DNA of 64,000 nucleotides from Rebecca billardiae RCC1528 (GCA_965240325.2 OZ251231.1:2046001-2110000); one strand, 5' to 3'; shown: positions 10,596 to 22,147, counted from the stretch's first letter. Numbers and translations are program-made. Notes: generated by a model not told the origin, from the sequence alone.

Positions 10596-10752
10596 TTTTT
10601 TGTTTTAACGTGCGTAAGGCTCACGGTGCGGCAGGTTGCCGCGCCATCCTTCATCGCCACGCTCTCCGAAGAGAGACCTGGCGGAAACTGGTTTGAACCC
10701 ATGACCTCAGACGCAAGAGCACGCCAGTACTCCCACTCGGCCATAGACCGGC
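10596..10752 (-). mobile_element. tRNA-derived SINE-like element (or tRNA pseudogene with a structured 3' extension)
   Basis: Minus strand reads GCCGGTCTA-TGGCCGAGTGG (A box)...GGTTCAAACC (B box)...CCGCCA. Then come a CTCTC-TTCG-GAGAG hairpin, a long imperfect hairpin and the A-rich tail TTAAAACAAAAAA. There is no proper acceptor stem. Confidence 0.6.
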
Positions 10753-11166
10753 GTCGTAGTCTGAATTACATCAGGCCCTTATGATAATCATCAAATCGAT
10801 CTGCCCGCGTATTCGACGGTCACGTCGACTCCGGAGTCGACGTCGCCCTGTACTACTATGCTGCTATATACCGTCCGTGTCCGCCGTGCGGCTGTGCTGC
10901 TGTCAATTGTCTCAATTGACGATGTCGACAATCGATGATGTAAGTTGTTACCGCCTTTCGTCAATATAAGCCATTAATTATTTAAAAATTAAGCCATGAT
11001 TTGATTTTTGACCGGTGACCGCGGTGACGACGGTACTCACGACGGCCCCGCGGCCGCGTCCGGATCGGCCGCGGCCGCGCTGACGTATCATTCGGTGGCG
11101 TGACTCAGTCGGGCCGGGCCGCGTGCGCGACCTGCGTGGGTGCGCTAGCGCCTCACTTGTCACTCC

Positions 11167-12573
11167 TCAGCCGTCAATCAGCCGGCCGGACCAGTCGATG
11201 GCCCATCTCGAGAGCGTCCAGTACAGCAGCGCGTGCCGCAGCACGTACGTCAGCCCATCGAGCGCGTCCGCCGGCCACTGGCCCGCCAGAGCGTCGCCGA
11301 GCAGCGACTCGAGGGAGATCCACCAGTCCACGCCGCCGAGGGCGAGGTAGAGCGGAAGGGCCGTCAGCTCGACCGGCGGCGGCCGAGCGGGCGCGCGCGG
11401 CGCGTCGCCGCGTGGCGGCGCGGCGGCGTCGGCTCCGCCGCCGACGTCCACGGAGAACGCGGGCCGCCAGCGCACGTGCGTCACGCGCGCGCTCGGCAGC
11501 GCGTCGAGCAGCCCGGCGACGATGCCTGCCGGGCCCTCGAAGTGTGAGGGCCCGTAGAGCAGGGCCGCGCGCTTCGGCGCGCGCGCGGCGCCCCGCGCGT
11601 CCACCCCGCGGCCATCGGCCGCGCGCTGCTGCGCAGCAGGGGCGCCGTCCACAGTGGCTGGGGCGCAGCCGAGCGCACGCGCGACGGCGCCGACGGCGGC
11701 GTCGTTGCGCTGCCGAACGCGCGCATCGACCCGCGCGCCCGCGCCGCCGCCCCCACCGAAGCCGCCGAACGCGCCCGGCGCGCCGCCACCCCCGTCCGAC
11801 GCGCTGCTCAGCAAGACTTGCGCAAACGCCAGCCGCTGCGCGGACGACAAGTCGAGCTGCACGAGCGCCTGCGCGAGCGGGGCGAGCAGCGGGGAGAGCT
11901 GCGGGCGGGCGCGCGACCACGACCAGTCGAGCACCGTGAGCGAGAGCTCGGGGCACGGCACGAGCCAGACCAGCGCGCGCAGCAGCTGCTGCCACGCGGG
12001 CGGCCCGTCGCGCGCGCGCGCGGCGCCGAGCGCCGCGCCGCGCGCCGCGCCGCGCGTGAGCGTGCGCACGACCTCGCCGACGGTGCCCTGGGCCCACGGC
12101 GCGGCAGCCGCGGAGGCCGGCGCGAGATCCTCGACCGGCACATCGGCCACGCTCGAGAAGCGCGCGCTCGCGCCGTACGGCAGCGCCTCGAGCTGGTGCG
12201 CCAGGCCGAGCCTCCGCGCGAGCTGCGCCTGCGACGCGGACGGCACCATCGGCGCGCGCGCGCGCAGCACGCCGTTGGGGTCGGGCTCAAGGTTCGAGCG
12301 GCTCGTGATGAGCTCGACGAGCACGACGTCCGAATCCTCCGTGTCCGCCACGAGCGACGCGTAGTACGACGGCTCGGCGAGGTGCACGGTGCCGAGGAGC
12401 TCGAGGTGCGACCTCTCGCTCCCCTCGCCCCAGCTGATACTCACGTCGGCGGTCTGCAGCTCGTAGCGGCCGCGCGTGGGCGTGTGCAGGCGGACGAAGC
12501 TGCGCGGCAGCGCGGGCATCGCGCTCGCGCCGGCGAGTAGCGCGCTTGCCCACGCGGCGCGAAGCGCAGCCAT
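11167..12573 (-). CDS. Conserved hypothetical protein (TraB/GumN-like N-terminal motif) with signal or plastid-type leader and C-terminal TM helices
   Basis: Leader MAALRAAWASALLAGASA. Motifs LELLGTVHLAEPSYY...DVVLVELI, RNDAA and ALLYGPSH. Hydrophobic C-terminus. An upstream in-frame ATG lies at 12594. Confidence 0.65.
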   Translation of the reverse strand: MAALRAAWASALLAGASAMPALPRSFVRLHTPTRGRYELQTADVSISWGEGSERSHLELLGTVHLAEPSYYASLVADTEDSDVVLVELITSRSNLEPDPNGVLRARAPMVPSASQAQLARRLGLAHQLEALPYGASARFSSVADVPVEDLAPASAAAAPWAQGTVGEVVRTLTRGAARGAALGAARARDGPPAWQQLLRALVWLVPCPELSLTVLDWSWSRARPQLSPLLAPLAQALVQLDLSSAQRLAFAQVLLSSASDGGGGAPGAFGGFGGGGGAGARVDARVRQRNDAAVGAVARALGCAPATVDGAPAAQQRAADGRGVDARGAARAPKRAALLYGPSHFEGPAGIVAGLLDALPSARVTHVRWRPAFSVDVGGGADAAAPPRGDAPRAPARPPPVELTALPLYLALGGVDWWISLESLLGDALAGQWPADALDGLTYVLRHALLYWTLSRWAIDWSGRLIDG

Positions 12574-12868
12574 GGCGAACCCGCCGCGCCCCATCGGTCC
12601 TCGCGCGTGGCGGCGAAACCTGCGCGCGCGCTAAAAAGTGCGCTGAAAACTCGAGACAAGCAAACTCCAATCCAACGGTTGGCAAGGTGCGTAGCGCGCT
12701 TTCCGTGCACCGGGCCGCGCGCCCCGCGCGGCACACGCTTGCGCACGCCCGCGCGCCCGAGAAGTACAGTCCCCGCGTGGGCTCGGCCTCCATCCCGCTT
12801 GCAATCGAGGCGGACCAGGCGGCAGGCGCGTTCGCTTGGACCTGGGGTGTCAGCGGCGCCTCCGCACG

Positions 12869-15516
12869 ATGCGGGGCCGCCTCGCGCTGCTCGCGGCGGC
12901 GTGCGTCGTGGGGGCAGCGGAGGCGCGGTGCCGGCACGGCCGGTGCGCTCCGCCACCCTCGCCCTCGCCCAGCCCTCAGCCCACTCCCGAGCCTCCGGTC
13001 AGCACCTGCCGGCACAAGCGCCACTGCAGGCAAGCGCCGTCGCCGAGCCCGGCGCTGGCCGCGCCGAATGCGAGCGACTCGTCGCCTGCACCGGCAGAGC
13101 CGCCGTGCAGAGGACGGCGCTGCCGCCACAGGGGCCCATCGCCCGTCGCGCTGAGCCCGCCATCGCCGCCCCACCCTCCGCCATCTGAGGCCAGCTTGCA
13201 CGCGCACGACCGGCGCTGGCTGCGACGGCACCGGCACGACCCGCACCCGGTAGCTCCCGCTCCGGCCGCATCGCCGTCGCCGCTCGCCGTCGTGGCGGCC
13301 AGGTCACCCCCCTCGCCGCCACCGCTGCCGCCTGTGGTCCGATGGCCGCCTCCGCCGTCGCCATCGCCGCCGCCGCCGCCGCGCTCGCCGCCGATCCCAC
13401 CTCCGCCTGTCGTGCTGGCACCGGCTGCGTCGCCGCCGCCCGCTCCACTCGAGGACGGCCTGACGTACCGGCTGGTCTCGGCCGCGTCGTCGTGCGGCCG
13501 GCTGGTCTCCACGCACGCCTTCAGCGCGGATGAGTGCCAGCGCATCGTGCTCAAGCGGTACCAGGGCGGCGCTGAGTTCTTCTCGTTCAGCCGGCGCTGG
13601 GCGTACTGCCTGGCCTGCACGCGCGCGCAGTTCGACGCGGGGCGCGAGTACCACGCGACCTTCGACACGTACGCGATCTACGTGGGCGCGGTCTCGCCGT
13701 TCCCGCCGTCGCCGAATCCGGCGCCGCCGCCGCCGCCTGCCCCGCCGCGGTCGCCCCCGCCGAGCTCTCCGCCGCCGCCATCGCCGCCATCGCTGCCGCC
13801 GCCACCAATCCCGCCGCTGCCGCCGCTGCCGCCGCTGCCGCCGAGCTCGCCGCCCTCGCCGCCCTCGCCGTTTCCGCCGCCCAGCCACCCGCCGCCGCTG
13901 CCGCCGCCGTCGCCCCTGCAGTACCGCGAGATCCTGCGCCGGCACGGCTGCGGCCGCATCCTCTCGATGGACGAGCCGGACGAGGAGTCGTGCCGCGCGG
14001 TCGTGCTGCAGCGCACGCGCTGGGCGGAATGCCAGCACTTCGCCTACAGCCGCTCGCGCCACCTCTGCTTCGCGTGCACCGAGGCGGAGGTGCACGGCAA
14101 GACGTTCCACCCGGGGTACTCGATCTACCGGATCCTTGACGCGGCGGCGAGCCCGCCGCCCTTCCCATTGCACCCGCCGCCGCCGAGCCCGCCCTCGCCG
14201 AGCCCGCCGGCGCCGCCGCCGCGCCCAGAGCCAACGCCCCGCCCACGGCCGGGCCGACACGCCCACGCCCGGCCCACGCCCACGCCGCGGCCCACGCCCA
14301 CGCCACACGCGCGCATGCCCACCCGTGCGCGGCTGCCCACGCGAGGCGCGCGCAGCCCGCCACCACCCCCGCCGGCGCCTGCACCGCCGCAGCCCCCGGG
14401 CGCCCTCAGCTGCCGCACGGCGCGCGACGGAGGTGCGCACCGCGACGCGACGCGTGCCGGACGCGGCGCGCCCGCGCGTGCCGCGCGCGCCCGGATCGGC
14501 GCGCGGCGTGCGCGCTGCGCCGGCCGCGCTTCTGACCAGCCGACGCGTGCCGCGCGCGCCGCCGCGCCGGCAGACACGGTGCTGCTCCCCGAGCACCACG
14601 ACGTGCTGCTCGTGTACAGCGCGCAGCACGGCCGGTGGGAGACCGTTTGCGGCGGACTGCGGCAGGACCAGAGGCGCGCGGCGGACGTGGCGTGTAGGGC
14701 GGTGGGCTACGCGCAGGGGCAGTCGAGGCTGATGATGTGAGCGCTTGGCGCACGCGCGCGGGCCCGCCTCGGCGCGTCATGCGGCCGCGCCGCGGGTGGC
14801 CGCCCGCGCCTGCCCCACGGCCGCCCGGGGCCCACCTCGCTCACGCCGCGCGCCCGCCGCCGCCGCCGCCCCGCGCCGAGCCCAGGACCCGCAGTGACAG
14901 CTCGCTCACGCCACGCGCGCCCATCTCGTGCCGCTCTGGCAAGGAGTCGAGCCTGCTCGAGTGCGGCAAGCGCTCGGGTGGCTCGTGCAGCTGGCGCGGC
15001 GTGATGGCCGTCAAGTGCAAGGGCAGCCAGGACGCGCCGGCCTCTCAGCCGTGCGTGCCGCCAGAGGTGCTGGAGGCGTTGCCGCTGCGCGCTGAGACAG
15101 CGCGCGCCGCGGCCCGGGCCGGCGGGGGCGAGGCAGCCGGCGCGCTGCGTGGCGGCGGGCAGGCGCTGCGGTTTGGTCGCGCAGCGCTGCTCGCGCTCGG
15201 TGTGCTCATCGTGGCTGCGCTGCTGGCCGCGCGTGGCAGCCCGCCCGCCTTGCGACGTCGGATGGCCGACGGCGTGACGCGTGCGCTCGCCTGGCCTCGG
15301 CGGCAGCAGGCGTGGCCGCTGCCAGCCGGTGCGAGGGAAGGAGGGCGGCGCGCACCCGCTGGCGCAGGCCGGGCAGGGCGAGACCCGCCCGCAGGCCCGC
15401 CTGCGTCCACGGTCGGGGGCGGTTCGCAGCCGCCATCGGCTCGTGCAGACCGGCGTCATCAGCATCATCCGCCGCCTCGTCATCAGTCTCCGCAGCAGCA
15501 GCTCAGGCTTCTGTAG
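12869..15516 (+). CDS. Pro-rich (extensin/pherophorin-like) type I membrane protein with two Cys-rich modules and an SRCR-like domain; probable introns 14433-14573 and 14737-14894
   Basis: Signal peptide MRGRLALLAAACVVGAAEA and SPn/Pn tracts. Two homologous Cys modules (SSCGRL...ECQRIV...YCLACT and HGCGRI...SCRAVV...LCFACT). SRCR-like GRWETVCG...AADVACRAVGY|...ISCRSGKESSLLEC...MAVKC. TM segment ALLALGVLIVAALLAA. Both introns are GT..AG and frame-consistent. Confidence 0.72.
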
Positions 15517-15535
15517 GCTGCGGACGCGATCATAA

Positions 15536-15538
<3 letters not shown>

Positions 15539-15590
<52 letters not shown>
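15539..15590. repeat. (AT)n microsatellite followed by a poly-G tract (15623-15640)
   Basis: Seen directly in the sequence. Confidence 0.97.
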
Positions 15591-15594
<4 letters not shown>

Positions 15595-16845
15595 TGCATA
15601 CCGCCACGTCGTTAATATATATGGGGGGGGGGGGGGGGGGATTGGTACAATAACTGATTGTCTATGAGAGGACGACACGGACGCCAGGCGCCAGCGCCGC
15701 TCATCAGCTCCGCATCGCCCTCTACCGGACCATGGCCTCAACGAGCTGCTCCCGGACAAACAGTCCGTCCGGCTTTATTTTCTGTTACAGGCCAAAGATC
15801 TCCGATCGCCATCATCGGCTTCTCGGGCTCTGCAGCCGTGGCACGGGCATCCAGCCATGTCGCGTCCTGCGTCGCCGGCGGCTGCGGCTCGCACGCGGGT
15901 GGCGCGTCGCGTGCACCGACCAACATCTTTCGGCAACCGCATCTGCTGCCGCTCGCCTTTGCATGAGGACACGTAAATCCCACTGAGTAGGAACACACGC
16001 AGCTGCCTCTGCGTGCCCACCTTCGGCCATCATTTGGCGTCGGCGTTCGCGAGGACGGCTAGACATATATATATTATACTAATCTGGCAGCCTGGCCTAG
16101 CGCCAGGACAGCAGCTGTGCTGAGGATGAACTTAGCAGTGCGACGCTCGCTTGCCGGTCTGCACACGACTGACTTGATAATAAATAAGAAAACGCGCTCG
16201 GCGCGTCTCCCCCGCTCGGGCTCGGCGAGCGACGGAGTCGATGGCTCGGGCAATGGGGCAACTGCCTTTTTGTGAATTGTGTACGCCCGGCGGGTACGGC
16301 GCCTTCCGCGCGACGCTAGCCGCGTCCCTTTCACGTGCGGCCTGCGGCGCGCCCGTTTTGCCCGGAGTCCCGGACGTTCACTGTCCGGCTCAGCCGGTGC
16401 GGCTGCAGATTAGTAAGTTACCACGAGCCTTCGGTCGTTATCACCACAATATTGATGATGACGATGTAGGCTCCGCGTGGTGACGACTCGGTGTCTCGCG
16501 GCCGGAGCTGCTGATCGACGGATTCGATGGTGCTGCATGACGCTAACCTATAAGCTGCTATAGATGGTCGTCGCGTCCATCATCATATCGGCGTAATGAC
16601 GACGTGCTGCACATCAGAGTCAGCGCACATGGCATCATCATCATGCTACTGTGATGACATCGTCGTCCGCATCGTCCGAATGATGACGATGACAATATGT
16701 CAGCCAGCACTTCAGCAGCAGCGCATCGTCAATGACGATTCATAATATGTATCACAATCATCATCACATACGTCACAGCGCATGATCGGACGATCGGATT
16801 GACGACGAGCTTATTGATGATGATGACATACACAGGCACACACAC

Positions 16846-16847
<2 letters not shown>

Positions 16848-16885
<38 letters not shown>
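16848..16885. repeat. (AG)n microsatellite
   Basis: Seen directly in the sequence. Confidence 0.97.
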
Positions 16886-16886
<1 letters not shown>

Positions 16887-17165
16887 AGCTAGAGAGAGAG
16901 CTCATATATATATCATATTGATATTGCTATGATATATTGATATGTACGCGTATGTATTGTCTGCGCCGCTGCTGATTCTGCATGATGCGGCGCTGAGGCG
17001 CGCAACGTACTTCCGTCCTGATCCGGCGGAGTGACCCGGGCGGATCGAGTGATCGGCGCGGCGCTGCTGATCCCGCCGCCTTGCGCCGCGCGCGTCAGTC
17101 GTCAGGCGATCGAGAACTCTCAGACGTGATGTGTGCGCATCAGATGAGCCGCGCCGACGTCACGC

Positions 17166-19755
17166 TCAGCCGGGGAACTTGCTCATCACGCGCTCCGCCT
17201 CCATGCGCTCGTCCGGGTCGTTGAAGCCCGCGAATTGCCTCCCGATCAGGTCGAGCTTGGGCGTGTCCCACATCGAGTGCGCGGCCATGCGCTCAAACTG
17301 GCCGGTGGCGATCAGGCACTCCTCGTCGTCGAGGTCGCACGCCGCGCTGTGCCCGGCGGCGAGCTGGTCGAGGAACATGTTGGCGTAGAGCGAGGTCGAG
17401 TTTGTGAGCAGCTGCCAGTGCGGCCCGCGCTCGACGATCTCGCCGTGGTTGATCACCAGGATCTCGTCCGCGTCGATCACGGACGAGAGCTTGTGCGCGA
17501 CCACGACCACCGTCTTGTCTCGGTTGAAGTCGGCGAGCGCGGCGCCGACGCCCTGCTCGGTGATCGAGTCCATCGCGGAGGAGTGCTCGTCGTACAGCAC
17601 GACGGGCGCGTCGCAGAGCATGGCGCGCGCGATCGCGATGCGCTGCCGCTCGCCGCCCGACATCTGCCCGCCGCGCTCCCCCACGCGCGTCTCGTACCCG
17701 TCCGGCTTGGCGTCGATGGCGTCGTGCAGCCCCGCGCGCGCAGACGCCTCGCACAGCTGCTCGTCTGATGCGCTCAGGTTGCCTGCGCGACCACGGGCGC
17801 GCGCGCGCGCGGCGCGCCGGGGTCGGCTCGGCCTCGCCCCGCCCCGCCCGCGCGCCCGCCCGCGCCCGCCGCACCGCGCGCACGCACCGTAGCGGATGTT
17901 GAAGCCGACCGTTTCGTCAAACAGCACGGTGTCCTGCGGCACGAGAGAGACCGCGCGCCGCACGGACGCGGGGTCGACCCTGGCCAGGTCCTGCCCGTCG
18001 ATGAGCACGCGGCCGGCGAGGGGCTCGTAGAAGCGGCCGATCAGCTTGAGCACGGTCGACTTGCCCGAGCCCGACGAGCCCACGATCGCCACCTTCTGCC
18101 CGCGCCGCACCGAGAAGGAGATGTTGCGCAGCATGCCAAACTGGGCGCCGAGCGACGCCGCGGCCGAGCCGCGCAGCGCGCCTGGCCGCGGGTAGGCGAA
18201 GGTGACGTCGTCGAACTGGACGAGGCCGTCGGTCACGCGGAGAGGCGGGAGCTGCCGCGCCCCCGCCTCCGCCTCGCGCGCGCGCCCCCGCTCGTGCAGC
18301 TGCAGCACCGGCCCCATGTCCACGATCGCCTGGCGGATCTCCTGGTAGGTGAAGGACAGTGAGGTTAGAGGCGTGTACAGCTGCAGCAGGACGCCGTTGA
18401 TGGCCGTCACGTCGCCGATACTCATGCTGCCCGCGAAGACGCGCGCGGAGGCGGCGCCCATCACGAGCGAGAGGGCGGCCGCGAACAGCGCCGTCTGCGC
18501 GCGCCGCGCGGCCCGCGGGGCCGGGGGAGTGTGAGCCGCGGCGCGCGGCGCCGGGGCCGGCACGGCTGTTGCGCGGCGCGGCGCGCGGCGCGCGGCGAGG
18601 CGCGGGCGGGCGGGCGGCGCGCGGCGCGGCGCGGCGCGCGGCGCGGGCGGGCGGGCGGCGCACCTGGCCGATGTTGAGGAGCGAGATGACGCGCACCGCC
18701 TCGACGTTGGTCCGCTCGATCTTCGAGAGCACGCCGTCGTACCGCCGCACCTCGAACCTCTCGTTGGTGAACCAGCCGACCGCCTCGTGGTTGACGAGCG
18801 AGTTGAAGAGCGTCGACTGCAGCGTGTTCTCGTGCGCGTTCAGCCGCGCCTGCACGACGGCGCGGCGCTCGGAGACGCGCAGCGTCCACGCGACGAAGGC
18901 GAGGCACATCCCGCCGCTCGTGAGCCAGAACACCGGCTCGTACCGCGCGCCCATCATCCGCACGACCAGCAGCAGCTCGAGCAGCGTGGGCACGATGTTG
19001 AAGACGGTCAGCCGAATCAGCATGGTCATCGCGCGGTGCGCGCGCGTGAGCTGCTGCGCGGTCTCGCCGGTCGAGCTCGTCGCGTGCCACGCCATGCCGA
19101 GCGCGTGCACGTGCGCGAACGAGTCGCGCGCGAACGCCCGCACCGCGCGCTGCCCGATCGGCACGAAGACGAGGTAGCGCAGCTCCTGCAGCGCCGTGTA
19201 CAGCATGCGGCTCAGGCCGTACACGGCGAAGAGGGCGAGGGGCGCGGCGGCGAGGGCGTGCGAGGGGGAGGCGAGCGCGTCGATGCCGCGCTTGAGCATG
19301 AACGGCACGCGCACGAGGCACAGCTTCGCCGCGAAGAGCAGGCTGAGCGAGAAGACGAGCCGCGCCTTGGCCCAGTGCGCGCCGCTCGGCCACAAGTACC
19401 GGCACACGATGCGCATGCACGCGAGCGCGTCGCTCAGCTGCGGCGCGGGCGCGGCGAGGCCGTCGAGAGCGGCCGTGCCTGGCGCGACCTCGCCTCGCGC
19501 GGCGCCATCGCCGGCGCCATCGCCGGCGGCAGCCACGCTCGGGAGGGCGCTGCTCCACGCGATCCCAGGCCGGCCGCGCGTCGCGCGCAGCGGCGGCCAG
19601 CGCGTGCGCGCGGCCACACCACGCGGAAATGCGGACGACGCATCGCACCCACCGAGAGCCACCACGCCCACGGCGGCGAGCCACGCCCACACCCAACCGC
19701 CCCCTCGCGCGCGTCGCGAGGCGGTGCGCCGCGCGGGCCTGGGGAGCACCGCCAT
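17166..19755 (-). CDS. ATM1: ABCB-type half transporter, ATM1/ABCB7/HMT1-like, ~771 aa; exons 19755-18664, 18494-17888, 17782-17166
   Basis: TMD with FNIVPTLLELLLV and SLLNIGQ|TALF. Walker A GSSGSGKST, Q-loop VPQDTVLF, signature MSGGERQRIAIARA, Walker B VVLYDEHSS, H-loop VAHKLS. Both GT..AG introns are frame-consistent. The N-terminal leader has a hydrophobic stretch. Confidence 0.9.
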
Positions 19756-19821
19756 CGCCGAGCAATATCGCGATTGGCGAAAGGCCCTCATCAGAAACTC
19801 GCATGCACAGTGCACGCGTGC

Positions 19822-19858
19822 GGAACTTCGCGATAAAGCTGCTTTATCGCGAAGTTCC
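19822..19858. promoter_or_regulatory. Perfect 37-bp palindrome in the divergent ABC transporter/desaturase intergenic region
   Basis: GGAACTTCGCGATAAAGC-T-GCTTTATCGCGAAGTTCC (18-bp arms, 1-nt centre). A regulatory role is inferred only from position. Confidence 0.6.
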
Positions 19859-20131
19859 ATGGTCGGGCGAACGGTCGCAAATGCGCCGGCTCTTTCCATA
19901 TTCGTCACGTTTGAACTTGTAATGAGGCCGGGTATCATCAAGAGGGACGAATTCATTGCAGCTGCACGCGCGTTCTGACGTGGCGATGGCGCGAAAACCC
20001 ATGTTTGCCATCGCCGAATCGCATCGAATCGCCGTGTCAAGTGCGCATCCAAACCCGCGCGTGATCCAGCAGGTCGACGCTTCGTCGGCGCGCGTCGTGC
20101 ACGCACACGCAGCTCACACACTCGCGTAGCT

Positions 20132-21597
20132 ATGCTCCACGCAGTATGCGCCTGGTCGTCGGTGCTGCTTGCCGCGTCGCTCACAGCGCCACGCCCGCCG
20201 GTGCTCTCGACGTCCGCGCCCGCAACTGCGCTCAAGCCGCGCGTGGCGCCCAAGGGCACCAACGAGCTGCGCGTGCGCATCGACGACCAGTGGTTCGACC
20301 TGACGAAGTGGCGCGCGGCACACCCTGCGGGCGATCACTGGATTGATCTGTACAACCAGCGCGACGCGTCGGAGGTCTTCCACGCCTTCCACTCCGTCGA
20401 CGCGCGCACGCGCATGCTGCCGCGACTGCCGCGCGTCGCGGACGAGTCGGAGGTGGAGGCGCTGGACGCGGCGTGCGCGCCCGTCACGCCGCTGCAGCGC
20501 GAGTTCCGCGAGCTGCGCGACCGGCTCGAGGCGGAGGGGTGGTGGAAGCGCGAGCCGCTTGCGGAGGCCACCGCGCTCGGGCTGTGGGCACTCGCGATCG
20601 GCGCCGGTGTGACGTTTGCGTGGTCGGCGGTGCCGATCGTGAACACGCTGTTTGCGGCGCTCACGCTCGCGTCAGCCAACACGATGGCGGGCTGGCTCGC
20701 GCACGACTACGTGCACGGGAAGGACCGGTTCTGCGACGTGATGCGCCCATTCGGCGGCATCGCCGCCGGCCTCTCGACCACGTGGTGGTCGAACAAGCAC
20801 AACCTGCACCACGCGCTCACCAACGAGGTCGGCGTTGACGAGGACCTGATGGTCGACCCGGCGCTGTGGCTGTGGGCGCCGAACGAGGAGACGGACAAGC
20901 CGTGGCGCAAGTGGCAGCACCGGTACGTGCTGCTGCCCTTCTCGCTGCTCTTCCACATCTGGCGCCTCGACTCGCTCAAGGTCGCGTGGGAGCGGCGCGC
21001 GGAGGCGAGCGTGCGCGACAAGGAGTTGCTGCCGCTGGGCGCGCACTACCTGCTGCTGCTGGCCGCGTGCCACGGCTCGCTGCCGCTGCTGCTCGGCACG
21101 GTCTCGCTCTCGGGGATGATCACGGCGATCATCGTCACGGTGAGCCACCAGTCGGAGGAGCTCTTCTTCGAGCACGAGCCCGACTGGGTCGCCGCGCAGC
21201 TCAAGTCGACGCGCGACGCCGTCACGTCCAACCCCTTCTCCGAGTGGATCTGGGGTGCGTCCGTGCACGCGCGCCCGACGCGCGACGGCGCGCCCGTGTG
21301 CGCGCGCGTGCGTGCGCGCGCCGGGCTGACTGGCGCGTCGGCCGCCCCGCTGCGCCCCGCGGCGGCGGCGCAGGCGGCATGAACTACCAGGTCGAGCACC
21401 ACCTCTTCCCCACCATGCCGCGCAGCAAATACCCGCGGCTCACGCGCGTGCTGCGCAGCTGGTGCGAGGAGCGCGGCATCGAGTACCGCGTGGACAGCGA
21501 GCTCGACATCATCAAGCGTAACCTCGACATGTACAAGGGCATCGCAGAGGCGCCCATCGACCCGGACGCGCCCGCCGCCAAGCCCGCCGCCGCGTGA
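20132..21597 (+). CDS. Cytochrome b5-fused front-end fatty acid desaturase, probably plastid-targeted (Delta6-like), 448 aa; exons 20132-21254, 21374-21597
   Basis: b5 heme motif HPAG. His boxes HDYVH, HNLHH and QVEHHLFP. Intron 21255-21373 restores IW|GGMNYQ. Signal peptide plus Ser/Thr/Pro/Arg-rich transit-like leader. Confidence 0.93.
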
Positions 21598-22147
21598 GCG
21601 CAGGCGTGCGGCTAGAACGGATGGCGGCGAGTGCGGCGGCAGCGCGAACGGCCGGCGCGCTGCTGGCCCGCCCTCCAACACACGCGCTCGCGCCAGGGCT
21701 GTGCGGCTCCGCATCGCGCGCCATCGATACGTATGGCGACGTGGATCCCCGAGCAGGTCGGTTGCCGAGTCGCTGCGGCGCCGGGGCCGCCGCCGAGGAC
21801 CTTGATTACAATGTAGCCAGAGCGACGCTGCCGTCGGCGTCGGACAGACGGTCGGTCGCTGTGATGATCGTCTCAGTTTCTGACTCGACCTCGATTAGTC
21901 GATTTGCTGAAACGGGGATGACGAGAATAAAAGGTCCCAAGGAGAACCGGCACTCCGCTGCCGCTCTGGCCCCCTGTCGCTACTCATCTTGCTGGACGGG
22001 AGCATGAGCTCTTCTTCCGGCGTGTGATGGGACTCGTCTCGAACCTCCACCCGCGCGCGGCCGCGGCGCAGGTGGGCGTCAGCGGCGTCCTCCACACATC
22101 GAGTTCGGACGCGGGGCCGCCCGACCGCGGACGCGGGGCCAGAGACC

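Noticed and set aside
10610-10662. SECIS-like hairpin (ATGA...AA...TGAG on the minus strand)
   Set aside because: The best pairing does not form the SECIS quartet geometry, and the upstream minus-strand gene shows no evident in-frame Sec UGA.
10679-10752. Functional tRNA (including tRNA-Sec)
   Set aside because: A and B boxes are present, but the acceptor and anticodon stems do not pair convincingly, so it is treated as SINE-like.
14210-14355. Extra intron in the Pro-rich gene ending GCGCGCGCAG at 14355
   Set aside because: The acceptor looks typical but there is no GT donor. A GC donor is possible but cannot be placed without transcripts.
17917-20280. 787-aa ORF as the ABC transporter N-terminus
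   Set aside because: The part upstream of ATG 19755 overlaps the desaturase and promoter, and the part past 18663 reads through an intron.
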